Position numbers and translations under genes: made by a program. 64,000 bases of DNA from Deltaproteobacteria bacterium (GTDB lineage Bacteria > Desulfobacterota > Syntrophorhabdia > Syntrophorhabdales > JANXAF01), in NCBI GenBank assembly GCA_026417175.1, contig JAOADT010000004.1:29519-93518 (forward strand), in the 5' to 3' direction. The notes beneath the pieces were generated by a model, which saw nothing but the letters and a program-made list of their open reading frames with translations, searched no databases and was not told the origin of the DNA. Below, in pieces: positions 54,825 to 63,816 of the stretch (position 1 is the first letter of the stretch; every line of letters starts with the position of its first letter).

Positions 54825-57251
54825 ATGAATCAGGAAGGGTTCCATATTATAAGAACAACTACCTGGTCCGCAGGACCGGGTTGCCACGGTGGATGTGGCG
54901 TTATTGCGTATGTAAAGGATGGAAAGTTGATTAAAGTAGAGGGAGATCCAGACCATCCGTGGAACCAGGGAAGGCTTTGTGCAAGGGCTTTAGCAATGAA
55001 ACAGTATGTTTATCATCCAAAAAGATTGAAAAAGCCTTTAGTAAGAAAAGGGCAGAGAGGAGAAGGAAAATGGGAGGAAGTTTCATGGGATTTCGCTTAT
55101 GACCTAATTGAAAAAAGGATGAAAAAGATCAGAGACGAGTTTGGTCCAGAAAGTTTTATCTTTGCGATGGGCACAGGTCGGGACATAGGCCCATGGATAT
55201 GTATGTTAGCTTATGCATACGGAAGTCCAAACGTCATGTTTGCCTTGAGTGGAAACGCTTGTTACAGTCCGCGCATAGCTGCACTAGATACGTTCCAAGG
55301 AGACTACTGTGTTTTCGATGCTGGTCAGTGGTTTGAGAAAAGATACGATGATCCAAGATTTGTTCGTCCAGAGTGTATGATTATATGGGGCTATAACATA
55401 CATTCTACCTGTCCGGATAACCTTTTTGGCCACTGGATCGTGGACTTGATGAAAAAGGGAACGAAAATAATTGTAGTTGATCCAAGACTAACATGGTTTT
55501 CTTCAAGGGCTGAAATTTGGCTCAGAGTTAGACCCGGTACTGATTCTGCGCTTGCCCTTGGTTTATTACATGTAATAGTAAAGGAGGAACTCTTCGATCG
55601 TACGTTTTTGGAAAGATGGACCAATGCCTTTTTACTTCTTCGAACTGACAAAAACGTGCTTTTACGCGAAAGTGATCTTATCCCGAACGGGAAACGTGAG
55701 AACTTTGTCGTATGGGATAAGAATTCTGAAAGAGTTGCTTTCTGGGATACAGAAAAACTTGAATTTAGGCCGGCTTCTACTACCCCCTCCTTTTCGTGCG
55801 AGATTGATCTCGCATGTGTAGACGGAAATACAGTTCGATGCCACACGGTATGGGATGCATTCAGAAAAAGAGTAATGGAATATGATCCTTCCACTGTTGA
55901 GAAGATAACAGGTGTTCCCAAAGAAGATGTAATCAGAGCCGCAAGAATGTATGCAAAAAGTAAACCTGCCTCCATTCATTGGGGAGTGCCAATAGATATG
56001 ACACCTAATGTTACACCTCTTTGTCACGCAATTGCTTGTCTTTGGGCTCTCACTGGGAATTTGGATGTGCCGGGCGGAAATGTTGTGGCCCGTTTTGCTT
56101 TTGACGCTGTGGCATATGCCCTCCCAGGGGCTGAAGGTATAATACGCCTCAAATCGAAAGAGCAGGATATACCTAGAATCGGAAGGGAAAAATACGGACC
56201 TTTCCAAAAATTTATCTGGAGATGTCAGACTGATACCGCCTTTGAGCAGATATTTTCCGAAAAACCTTATCCAATTAAGGGAATGTGGATACAGACGTTA
56301 AATCCCTTGGCCGGCATAGGCATGGATCCAAAAAGGTGGAGAGAGGCTCTTCTCAAAATGGATTTCGTAGTGGGTGTTGATCTTTTCATGACTCCGACGC
56401 TTATGTACGCAGACGTAATTTTGCCGGCAGCGACCTTCCTTGAAAAGGAAGGGATAAGATCCTGGTGGGTTCCACTACAGAGCATAAACAAAGCCTTAAC
56501 AGTAGACGAATGTAAATCCGATGCTGAGATAAACTTTGAGCTAGCTAAGAGATTTGATCCTGAATTCAGATGGAAATCTTTGGAGGAACTATTTGATGAA
56601 ATCATAAAACCCTCAGGCCTAACTTACAAGGAATTAAAAGAAAGAGTGTGGGTTTTACCGACTGAGGGACACCCAAGTCATCCGTACTTGCGTCACGAAA
56701 AAGGTCTTTTAAGAAAAGATAGAAAGCCTGGTTTCCAAACACCAACGGGAAGATTTGAACTCTATTCAGTCTTGAGAGAGGAATGGGGTTACGAACCGCT
56801 TCCCATTCATGAAGAGCCACCTTTCACGCCTGTTTCTAGGCCAGACCTTACAAAGGATTATCCGTTGATACTCTCAACGGGAAGAAGGTCTCCGGCTTAT
56901 TTCCATTCGGAACATAGGATGATACCGTGGCTGAGAAGTATAGACCCAGATCCGGTCGTAGAAGTACATCCCAATACCGCAAAAAAATACGGGATTGCCG
57001 ATGGAGAATGGGTATACGTAGAAAACTGGATGGGGAAGGCAAAATTTAGGGCAAAAGTAACACCCATTGTACCCGAATGGATGGTCATGGCAACCCATGG
57101 TTGGTGGTTTCCTGAGAAAAATCCAGAGGAACCCGAACTTTTCGGAGTTTGGGAGTCTAATATTAATCTTCTAATCCCCATGGGTCAACACGGAAAAGAT
57201 GGACTCGGTGCACCCATAAAACATTTGCTGTGCAAAATTTATAGAGCTTAG
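54825..57251 (+). CDS. Cytoplasmic molybdopterin/tungstopterin (bis-PGD) oxidoreductase, catalytic subunit, acetylene-hydratase-like clade, substrate unknown
   Basis: 808 aa with no twin-arginine signal. N-terminal FeS region WSAGPGCHGGCGVIAYVKDGKLIKVEGDPDHPWNQGRLCAR. Putative metal-ligand region SGNACYSPR. The C-terminal third (DYPLILSTGRR...DPDPVVEVHPNTAKKYGIADGEWVYVEN...GAPIKHLLCKIYRA) aligns by eye with the acetylene hydratase C-terminus. Confidence 0.85.
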   Translation: MNQEGFHIIRTTTWSAGPGCHGGCGVIAYVKDGKLIKVEGDPDHPWNQGRLCARALAMKQYVYHPKRLKKPLVRKGQRGEGKWEEVSWDFAYDLIEKRMKKIRDEFGPESFIFAMGTGRDIGPWICMLAYAYGSPNVMFALSGNACYSPRIAALDTFQGDYCVFDAGQWFEKRYDDPRFVRPECMIIWGYNIHSTCPDNLFGHWIVDLMKKGTKIIVVDPRLTWFSSRAEIWLRVRPGTDSALALGLLHVIVKEELFDRTFLERWTNAFLLLRTDKNVLLRESDLIPNGKRENFVVWDKNSERVAFWDTEKLEFRPASTTPSFSCEIDLACVDGNTVRCHTVWDAFRKRVMEYDPSTVEKITGVPKEDVIRAARMYAKSKPASIHWGVPIDMTPNVTPLCHAIACLWALTGNLDVPGGNVVARFAFDAVAYALPGAEGIIRLKSKEQDIPRIGREKYGPFQKFIWRCQTDTAFEQIFSEKPYPIKGMWIQTLNPLAGIGMDPKRWREALLKMDFVVGVDLFMTPTLMYADVILPAATFLEKEGIRSWWVPLQSINKALTVDECKSDAEINFELAKRFDPEFRWKSLEELFDEIIKPSGLTYKELKERVWVLPTEGHPSHPYLRHEKGLLRKDRKPGFQTPTGRFELYSVLREEWGYEPLPIHEEPPFTPVSRPDLTKDYPLILSTGRRSPAYFHSEHRMIPWLRSIDPDPVVEVHPNTAKKYGIADGEWVYVENWMGKAKFRAKVTPIVPEWMVMATHGWWFPEKNPEEPELFGVWESNINLLIPMGQHGKDGLGAPIKHLLCKIYRA

Positions 57252-57265
57252 GAAAGGAGAATAAG

Positions 57266-57607
57266 ATGAACGAGAAAGAAGTTCATGGGATGTTGATAGA
57301 CTATGAATATTGCACAGGATGTCATACTTGCGAAGTAGCATGTGCTCAGGAATACAACTGGGAAGAGGGAGTTTCGGGGATGAAAGTTATAGAAATCGTA
57401 GAGAAACTTCCAAATGATAGATATTATCTCGTGTACCTCCCATTTCCAACGGAAGCATGTTCCCTATGCATAGGGAGAGTGAAGAAAGGCATGGAACCAC
57501 AATGTGTAAAGCACTGTATGGCTAAATGTTTAGAATTCGGGCCAGTAGAGAATCTCCTAGAAAAAATGAAAGGAAAAAAGAGGACTGTTCTTTTTAGGCC
57601 TAGATAA
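57266..57607 (+). CDS. Small 4Fe-4S ferredoxin-type subunit (half-size DmsB/PsrB-like beta subunit)
   Basis: 113 aa with CTGCHTCEVAC (CxxCxxCxxxC) and CSLC-x11-CVKHC. Starts 14 nt after the catalytic subunit. Confidence 0.8.
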   Translation: MNEKEVHGMLIDYEYCTGCHTCEVACAQEYNWEEGVSGMKVIEIVEKLPNDRYYLVYLPFPTEACSLCIGRVKKGMEPQCVKHCMAKCLEFGPVENLLEKMKGKKRTVLFRPR

Positions 57608-57620
57608 GAGCATAGAGGTT

Positions 57621-59177
57621 TTAATTTCTTAATCTATACCGAATAAGCTTGCCTGTTGTAGTCCTTGGAAGGTCACTTACAAAAGACACCCACTTAGGTG
57701 TTTTAAAATGAGCTGTCCTATTCTTTACGTGTTCGATGATTTCTTTTTCTAATTTTTCATCTGGCGTATATCCTTCATTTAGAACTACAAATGCCTTTAT
57801 CCTTAAGAGTCCTTCCTCCGAAGGAACTCCGACTACCCCACATTCCCTAACCGCGGGATGTCCCATTATTATGTTTTCTATCTCAATTGGCGAAACCCAC
57901 TGTCCGCTAACCTTTAGCATGTCGTCAGCTCGACCCTGATAATAAAAATATCCATCTTCGTCCATTAAGAATAGATCACCTGTATTAAACCATTCACCTT
58001 TTATTACCTCCTTATTTTTATCGTGTCTTCTCCAATAACCGGGGGTAACACCGTCGTTTTTAATCCATAATGTACCCACGCTTCCTTTGGGTACAGGTTT
58101 GAAATTTTCGTCTCTTAATTCTGCTTCAAATCCCGGGATGATTTTTCCGCTTGCTCCAGGCTTTTTCCGACCTTCTACATTAGCCATATAAATACCGCCT
58201 ACGTCCGTACTCCCCACCCCATCTATTATTTCGATTCCAAAAATCTTCTCCCACCTTTCGAAAACCTCCTTAGGAAGAGGTTCACCTGCAGAAATACATG
58301 TTCTAAGTGACGAAAAATCACACTTTTCTCTTTTTTCTATTTCTTTTAACAACGATATATAAAAAGTAGGAACACTGAATAGAACCGTTGGTTTTTTGGT
58401 TTCGATTATCTCTATGATCTCCTGAGGTTTCGGCCATTTTGGCCAAAGTATCACTGAGGCTCCATAAAGAAGAGGTATTTCAAGTGATGCATTTCTTCCA
58501 TATGAGAAAAACATTTTGGATGTTGCAAATATGAGATCTTTTTCTCTTATTCCAAGAATGTACTCGGAAAAAGGTGGTATGTAGTAAATAATATCGTGAT
58601 GGAGGTGAACTACGGCCTTTGGAAGCCCTGTTGTACCTGAAGTATACATCCAGAATGCCATATCATCCTTTGATGTGGGTTCTGTCTCAAGAATTGAAGA
58701 AGAGGCGTGTAAAAGCTCCGAATAACTCAGAGTTTCTTTCTTAGGTTCTCCTACAACTACCACGTGTTTCAGAAAAGGAACTTCATTCCTTAAGTCTTTT
58801 AACTTTTCGTAAAGTTCTGACTCTATAAATAGGACCTTTGCCCTTGAATCTTTAAGAAAAAAAAGATAATCCTTGGGAGAGGCCAACGTATTTACAGGGA
58901 TAGGTATTGCTCCGATCTTCATTGTCCCGAGGTAGGTAGCCACGAATTCTGGCGAATCGTTAAGAACGATAAGAACCCGGTTTTCTGGTTCTATACCGAT
59001 GTTCTTCAAGGCATTTCCCAGTTTATTTGCCATCATGTGCAAATTCTCGTAGGTTATAATATCATTCCCATAGACAATTGCCTGATTTTTCCCTCTTTTT
59101 TCCTTGATGTGTCTTTCGAGAAGAACTTCTACCTGGTTAAAAATCTCTGGTACTTCGAAACCTATAAGTGAGATCAC
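57621..59177 (-). CDS. Aryl-CoA ligase of the benzoate / 4-hydroxybenzoate-CoA ligase family (AMP-forming)
   Basis: P-loop YTSGTTGLPKAVVHLHHD. The N-terminal pattern NQVEVLLERH...GKNQAIVYGNDIITYENLHMMANKLGNALKNIGIEPENRV...DSPEF...GTMKIGAIPIPVNT is typical of the benzoate-CoA ligase family. C-terminal PRTTTGKL. Confidence 0.8.
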   Translation of the reverse strand: MISLIGFEVPEIFNQVEVLLERHIKEKRGKNQAIVYGNDIITYENLHMMANKLGNALKNIGIEPENRVLIVLNDSPEFVATYLGTMKIGAIPIPVNTLASPKDYLFFLKDSRAKVLFIESELYEKLKDLRNEVPFLKHVVVVGEPKKETLSYSELLHASSSILETEPTSKDDMAFWMYTSGTTGLPKAVVHLHHDIIYYIPPFSEYILGIREKDLIFATSKMFFSYGRNASLEIPLLYGASVILWPKWPKPQEIIEIIETKKPTVLFSVPTFYISLLKEIEKREKCDFSSLRTCISAGEPLPKEVFERWEKIFGIEIIDGVGSTDVGGIYMANVEGRKKPGASGKIIPGFEAELRDENFKPVPKGSVGTLWIKNDGVTPGYWRRHDKNKEVIKGEWFNTGDLFLMDEDGYFYYQGRADDMLKVSGQWVSPIEIENIIMGHPAVRECGVVGVPSEEGLLRIKAFVVLNEGYTPDEKLEKEIIEHVKNRTAHFKTPKWVSFVSDLPRTTTGKLIRYRLRN

Positions 59178-59186
59178 CTTGACTCC

Positions 59187-60488
59187 TTACTTCACAAAAG
59201 ATGGGAGAAATGTAGCAATTGGCGGATAAAATAGAATTATGATTGAGGCAACTATCATAGCAACCAGAAATGGAAAAATACCTTTAAAAATCTGTTCGAG
59301 AGGAACCTCTTTCGCTATCCCTTTAATTACGTAAACGTTCACTCCAACAGGAGGTGTAATAACCCCCATACAGGTAACAAGCACGATAATAACACCAAAC
59401 CATATGGGATCGTAGCCTAGATGCAACACTATCGGAAAAAGTATGGGAATGGTAAGTATGATAAGGGGTATAGCATCTATGAAACAACCGCCGATTAAGT
59501 AAATGAAAATAATAATCAACATGATCAAATATGGTGGAACCTGTAAAGAAGACACCCAACTTGAAATCATGACAGGAATTTTAGAAACGGTTATAAAACG
59601 TCCAAAAACAGTTGCGCAAGCAATGATTGTCAAGATCATACAAGAAGTTCTTAGCGCTTCCCGAGTATTCTGTACAAAAGAATCCCATGTAATCTCTCTT
59701 CTTATGAGGCCAAGGATAAGTGCGCCGGCCGCACCTATACCTCCTGCTTGCGTAGGCGTAAAAAAGCCAAATAAAAGCCCTCCTACAACCAGCACAAAAA
59801 GTCCAACAGCATCGAGAATTTTAAGACAAGCGACAACCTTTTCTTTGAAAGTCGATTTTTCTCCTTCTGGGCCGTAGGACGGATTTCGATAGCATATAAT
59901 TAAGACTGCTACACTCATGAGGGTGGCAAGAAGAATACCTGGAAGAATACCAGATATGAAAAGCTTTCCTATGGATTGTTCGGTCATGAAACCATAAATG
60001 AGAAATATAACACTAGGAGGTATAAGTATCCCTAAGCTTCCAGCCGAAGCAATACATCCGGTAGCTAAGGTATCATCATATCCGTATTTCTTCATGGCTG
60101 GTAGGGCAAGCTTGCCCATCGTGGCAGCCGTTGCAGTTGAAGAACCACATATAGCACCAAAAGCAGCGCAGGCAAATATAGAAGCTATCGCTAGACCACC
60201 TTTTATATGTCCGAACACTTTATAAGCTGCATCGTAAAGTCTCGAGCCGAGACCTGCCGAGAAAGCGTAATATCCCATGAGAATAAACATGGGGATTGCG
60301 CTTATGGAATACGACGTAAGTTGTTCGAATATGTTCCTTGGAAGAACTGCTAATCCTGTTTTTAACGAAGTCACATAAGAAAATCCCACAAACCCAACAA
60401 ATGCCATAGAAAAAGCAATCGGCATCCTTATTACAAAAAATGCGACAAGAATTACAATTCCCAAAATTCCTGCCATTTCAGGACTCAT
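59187..60488 (-). CDS. TRAP transporter large permease (DctM)
   Basis: 433-aa polytopic membrane protein, immediately downstream of the small permease with a 4-nt overlap. Confidence 0.88.
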   Translation of the reverse strand: MSPEMAGILGIVILVAFFVIRMPIAFSMAFVGFVGFSYVTSLKTGLAVLPRNIFEQLTSYSISAIPMFILMGYYAFSAGLGSRLYDAAYKVFGHIKGGLAIASIFACAAFGAICGSSTATAATMGKLALPAMKKYGYDDTLATGCIASAGSLGILIPPSVIFLIYGFMTEQSIGKLFISGILPGILLATLMSVAVLIICYRNPSYGPEGEKSTFKEKVVACLKILDAVGLFVLVVGGLLFGFFTPTQAGGIGAAGALILGLIRREITWDSFVQNTREALRTSCMILTIIACATVFGRFITVSKIPVMISSWVSSLQVPPYLIMLIIIFIYLIGGCFIDAIPLIILTIPILFPIVLHLGYDPIWFGVIIVLVTCMGVITPPVGVNVYVIKGIAKEVPLEQIFKGIFPFLVAMIVASIIILFYPPIATFLPSFVK

Positions 60489-60967
60489 CTTTTCATCCTC
60501 ACGTTTTTTACTAATTCAATAATGTAATACAGAATTACAGGAACCAAGCTTATGGCGAACGCATACGCTAAGGGATAAAGCGGTAATTTTAAGACAGAAC
60601 CCATTTCGCCTGATATCTGCAAAGATTTAGCATACTTTAGTCCGTAAATGAATAAAATAAAGAATAACGTGAGACAACAGAGAGATACAAAAGTGTCCAG
60701 AATTTTTTTGATCGAAAAAGGTAATTTATCCGCAATAAACTCAATTTTAAGATGAGTTCCAAGGTAAAGACCGAAAGCAATTGCGAAAGATATGGCTACA
60801 ACCTGAGCAAAACTTATTATTTCTAAAGCCCCGGGCAGGGGCCATCCAAAAAATTTTGCACCTACAACATCAACAAGGTTAGCAAAAAACATTACCAGGA
60901 AAAAAATGGCCCCTATCCCTTCTAGATATCTACTTATATTTCGCGTGAGTTTATCGAGCCCTTCCAT
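60485..60967 (-). CDS. TRAP transporter small permease (DctQ)
   Basis: 160 aa with four hydrophobic helices, lying between the DctP and DctM genes. Confidence 0.85.
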   Translation of the reverse strand: MEGLDKLTRNISRYLEGIGAIFFLVMFFANLVDVVGAKFFGWPLPGALEIISFAQVVAISFAIAFGLYLGTHLKIEFIADKLPFSIKKILDTFVSLCCLTLFFILFIYGLKYAKSLQISGEMGSVLKLPLYPLAYAFAISLVPVILYYIIELVKNVRMKR

Positions 60968-60994
60968 CGGAAATTCCTTATCTTATTGATCTCT

Positions 60995-62068
60995 TTATTT
61001 GATCCTTACCTCGTCAGGACCCGTTGTCGATTTTATTTTTAGCTCCTTCTGTCGTTTGGTCCAATAGTCTATCCTTTCTTTTACAAACGAGATCCAACCT
61101 CTCACTTCCTTTTCCGGATACCCTGCAGAAACCATCGATTTTACGTACTTTTCGATAACTGTCTCTGCCGCCTTGATCCATCTCTTTTCTTCTTCAGGGG
61201 ACAACGTAATGAACTGAATCCCTTTCTCCTTCCCTAACTGTTTTCCATCTATATCAATTTCGTTCCACATTGTGGCTAGCTTTTCCTCAAAGGGATACTC
61301 ATTGAAGACTTTCTTCACATCGTCAGGAAGCTTCTTCCAAGTCTCTTTATTCATAACAATGTAAAAGTTATACTGTTGTCCTATACCCCAACACTCGGTT
61401 GTGTATTTTATGACTTCAGCAAACCTAAATGCTCTATACGTCTCCATTGGGATGTAGACACCGTCAACCACTTTTTTGAGAATCGCATCATAAGTTTCAG
61501 GTGTCGCTAGTCCCCTAGGGGTTGCTCCGAGTGCAGCAACAGTGTCCGCAATGTACCCAACAGCTCTAATATTTAGACCTTTTAAATCCTCAAGTTTATA
61601 AACCGGCTTTGTTGCGGTCATCATCACGTTTATTGGAGAGCTATGTAAGGTGATCACTTGCACATCATCCCATTCCTTCGGCTTAAACTTCCTATAAAAG
61701 TCATTAACTACGCGGTTTGATACCCATGCATTCGGAAAACCCAAAGGCATGTCCAAAACTTCTGTCACTTTGAATCTACCTGGCGTATAAGCTATGTGGG
61801 AAAACCCTATGTCCGCAATACCTTCAACAACACCATCGTACATTTTAGCCGGACTCAGAAGGGTTCCTGCAGCAAAGTAACTGAATTTTACTTTGCCACC
61901 AGTTCTTGCTTCAAGATCTTTTATGAACTCCTCACATATTTTCGATTGTCTAGCAACTACGGGAAAGTAATTGGCCCATTTGAGTTCGATAGCCGGGGCT
62001 GAAAGGACGGTTTTAGAAAAAAGCAAAAGTGAAGTGATCATAAATAGCAACATACCCAATTTTTTCAT
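60995..62068 (-). CDS. TRAP transporter periplasmic solute-binding protein (DctP family)
   Basis: Signal peptide MKKLGMLLFMITSLLLFSKTVLSA; ELKWANYFP...GGKVKFSYFAAGTLL is typical of DctP-type SBPs. Confidence 0.85.
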   Translation of the reverse strand: MKKLGMLLFMITSLLLFSKTVLSAPAIELKWANYFPVVARQSKICEEFIKDLEARTGGKVKFSYFAAGTLLSPAKMYDGVVEGIADIGFSHIAYTPGRFKVTEVLDMPLGFPNAWVSNRVVNDFYRKFKPKEWDDVQVITLHSSPINVMMTATKPVYKLEDLKGLNIRAVGYIADTVAALGATPRGLATPETYDAILKKVVDGVYIPMETYRAFRFAEVIKYTTECWGIGQQYNFYIVMNKETWKKLPDDVKKVFNEYPFEEKLATMWNEIDIDGKQLGKEKGIQFITLSPEEEKRWIKAAETVIEKYVKSMVSAGYPEKEVRGWISFVKERIDYWTKRQKELKIKSTTGPDEVRIK

Positions 62069-62203
62069 GACACCCTCCCTATTTTGTGTTTTACATAATC
62101 TCTATTACTTTTCTCGTTTGCATGTCAAGAGAAAAAGAGAGAGATAAGCTCTGGTTATACATCTTTGGTCGAGCGGTTAGAAAAATGTTATATTTTATAT
62201 AAA

Positions 62204-63166
62204 ATGATCCTGAAAGCAAACGATCCGTCTGCAATACAGACCGCGTGTGAGCTCTTGAGGAAAGGGGAGATTGTTGCCTTCCCGACTGAGACCGTATATG
62301 GACTTGGAGCGGATGCTCTTAATCCTTACGCTGTCGCTAAGATATTCGAGGTGAAAAAAAGACCCCGTTTCGATCCTATAATAGTGCATGTTTCAGATTT
62401 TTTTTGGGTGGAAAATTTAGTAAAGAAAGTCCCTCCAGAGGTTAAAATAATTACAGAGAAATTATGGCCGGGACCCCTGACGATTCTATTTGAAAAAAAT
62501 GAAAAGATTCCGGACATAGTTACAGCCGGTCTTCCCACAGTTGGTATAAGGATGCCCTCCCATCACATCGCAAAAAGACTGATAGAGTCATTTGGTAGAC
62601 CAGTAGCTGCTCCTAGTGCAAATCCCTTTGGATACATTAGTCCAACAAAAGCGTCTCATGTATACAGACTCCTTGGGGATAAAATCCCTATTATACTAGA
62701 CGGGGGTGACAGTGTTTACGGAATAGAATCAACAGTTATCTCTATCGATGAAAAAAAGATACGCATCCATCGATTTGGTGCTGTGACTATGGAAGAACTT
62801 TCGCAGTTTGGCGAGGTTGTTGTAGCAACACAAGAAAAGGGAGTCGCATCTCCAGGACAGCTACCCTACCACTATGCCCCGAATAAACCATTGAAAATTG
62901 TCGATGGTCCACAAGGAATAAAAAACCCTTTTTCTTCTTATCTTGCATTCACCAATCCGGAAATTCCCGTAAATTCGAAATACATAAAGGTCCTCACAAA
63001 AAATGGAGATTTAAGAGAGGCTGCGTCTAACTTTTTTTCTTATCTCATAGAACTTGACAGGGATGATGTAGAGGTAATATATGCAGAAAGAATACCCGAG
63101 GTTGGTTTAGGAAGAGCTATGATGGAAAGACTCAGAAAGGCCGAGAAAAAATCTTTATATACTTGA
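62204..63166 (+). CDS. tsaC: L-threonylcarbamoyladenylate synthase (Sua5/TsaC long form: YrdC + Sua5 domains)
   Basis: GEIVAFPTETVYGLGADA, KKRPRFDPIIVHV and SAPSANPFGYISPT. ATG 62204 preferred over the TTG at 62165. Confidence 0.9.
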   Translation: MILKANDPSAIQTACELLRKGEIVAFPTETVYGLGADALNPYAVAKIFEVKKRPRFDPIIVHVSDFFWVENLVKKVPPEVKIITEKLWPGPLTILFEKNEKIPDIVTAGLPTVGIRMPSHHIAKRLIESFGRPVAAPSANPFGYISPTKASHVYRLLGDKIPIILDGGDSVYGIESTVISIDEKKIRIHRFGAVTMEELSQFGEVVVATQEKGVASPGQLPYHYAPNKPLKIVDGPQGIKNPFSSYLAFTNPEIPVNSKYIKVLTKNGDLREAASNFFSYLIELDRDDVEVIYAERIPEVGLGRAMMERLRKAEKKSLYT

Positions 63167-63292
63167 GAAAGTGCTCGCAAAATGCTATCCTACAAATATA
63201 ATTTTCTTTATATCATGGCTTTCAAATACGATAATAATTCCGCAAAATTAGAGTTAAAATACCACTTTTTATCAACAAGTTTTCAACAAAAA

Positions 63293-63583
63293 ATGTTGAA
63301 AATTATCCCTCTAATAATTTTTGCTTTCGTTGTTAGCGTATTTATTTGTTCTTGTGCAACTTATCCATCGAACAAGTCAGAAAATCTAAAAGAAGTGAAA
63401 ATTGGCATGACAGAAGAACAGGTGATAGGTATCTTCGGTGAACCGAATGTGATAAGTAAAACTTCTGAGGGTACGATTTTGTGGTCGTATAGGCCATCTT
63501 GGAAGATCATCCCTGATAACAGAGGAACTTTAATGATAGAATTTCGTGAAGGAAAAGTAGTGAAAGTTGTAAAGGTGAGGTGA
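63293..63583 (+). CDS. Small putative lipoprotein (SmpA/OmlA-like fold possible)
   Basis: MLKIIPLIIFAFVVSVFICSCA is a lipobox-like signal, and KIGMTEEQVIGIFGEPN resembles the BamE/SmpA motif. ATG 63293 preferred over the longer ORF-track start. Confidence 0.6.
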   Translation: MLKIIPLIIFAFVVSVFICSCATYPSNKSENLKEVKIGMTEEQVIGIFGEPNVISKTSEGTILWSYRPSWKIIPDNRGTLMIEFREGKVVKVVKVR

Positions 63584-63585
63584 AA

Positions 63586-63807
63586 ATGCTTTGTCCTACA
63601 TGTGAAAAAGAATTGAAGAAAACGACGTGTGAAGAATGTGGAAAAACCATTTACCTCCTCGGGGCTTACTGTTACGAATGTGGTAGCAAAATCGAAGAGA
63701 ATGATTTTGACTTGACCGAAAGGATACTGTGTAGTGACGATACCTGTATTGGCACAATAAACGAAAAGGGTATATGTAACGTTTGCGGAAAACCTTATAA
63801 ACTTTAA
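63586..63807 (+). CDS. Double zinc-ribbon small protein
   Basis: CPTC...CEEC, CYEC, CSDDTC and CNVC pairs. AAAGGTGAGG Shine-Dalgarno 6 nt upstream of ATG 63586. Confidence 0.6.
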   Translation: MLCPTCEKELKKTTCEECGKTIYLLGAYCYECGSKIEENDFDLTERILCSDDTCIGTINEKGICNVCGKPYKL

Positions 63808-63816
63808 ACTCGTTCA

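Noticed and set aside
55391-56207. Long antisense ORFs (194 aa and 181 aa) inside the Mo/W oxidoreductase gene.
   Set aside because: They have Ser/Leu/Arg-rich composition typical of the antisense frame of a real gene. They show no motifs and no ribosome-binding context, and the sense gene is strongly supported.
54825-57251. The possibility that the bis-PGD enzyme is a selenoprotein (formate-dehydrogenase-like), given that selC is in the window.
   Set aside because: The reading frame is continuous with no in-frame TGA. The putative metal-ligand position is Cys (SGNACYSPR), and the FDH-type N-terminal four-Cys motif is absent.
54825-57251. Calling the enzyme acetylene hydratase because of C-terminal similarity.
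   Set aside because: The Asp that follows the second cluster Cys in acetylene hydratase is His here. The first cluster Cys is missing, and the enzyme has a ferredoxin partner and an aryl-CoA ligase / TRAP context. Only clade-level similarity is claimed.
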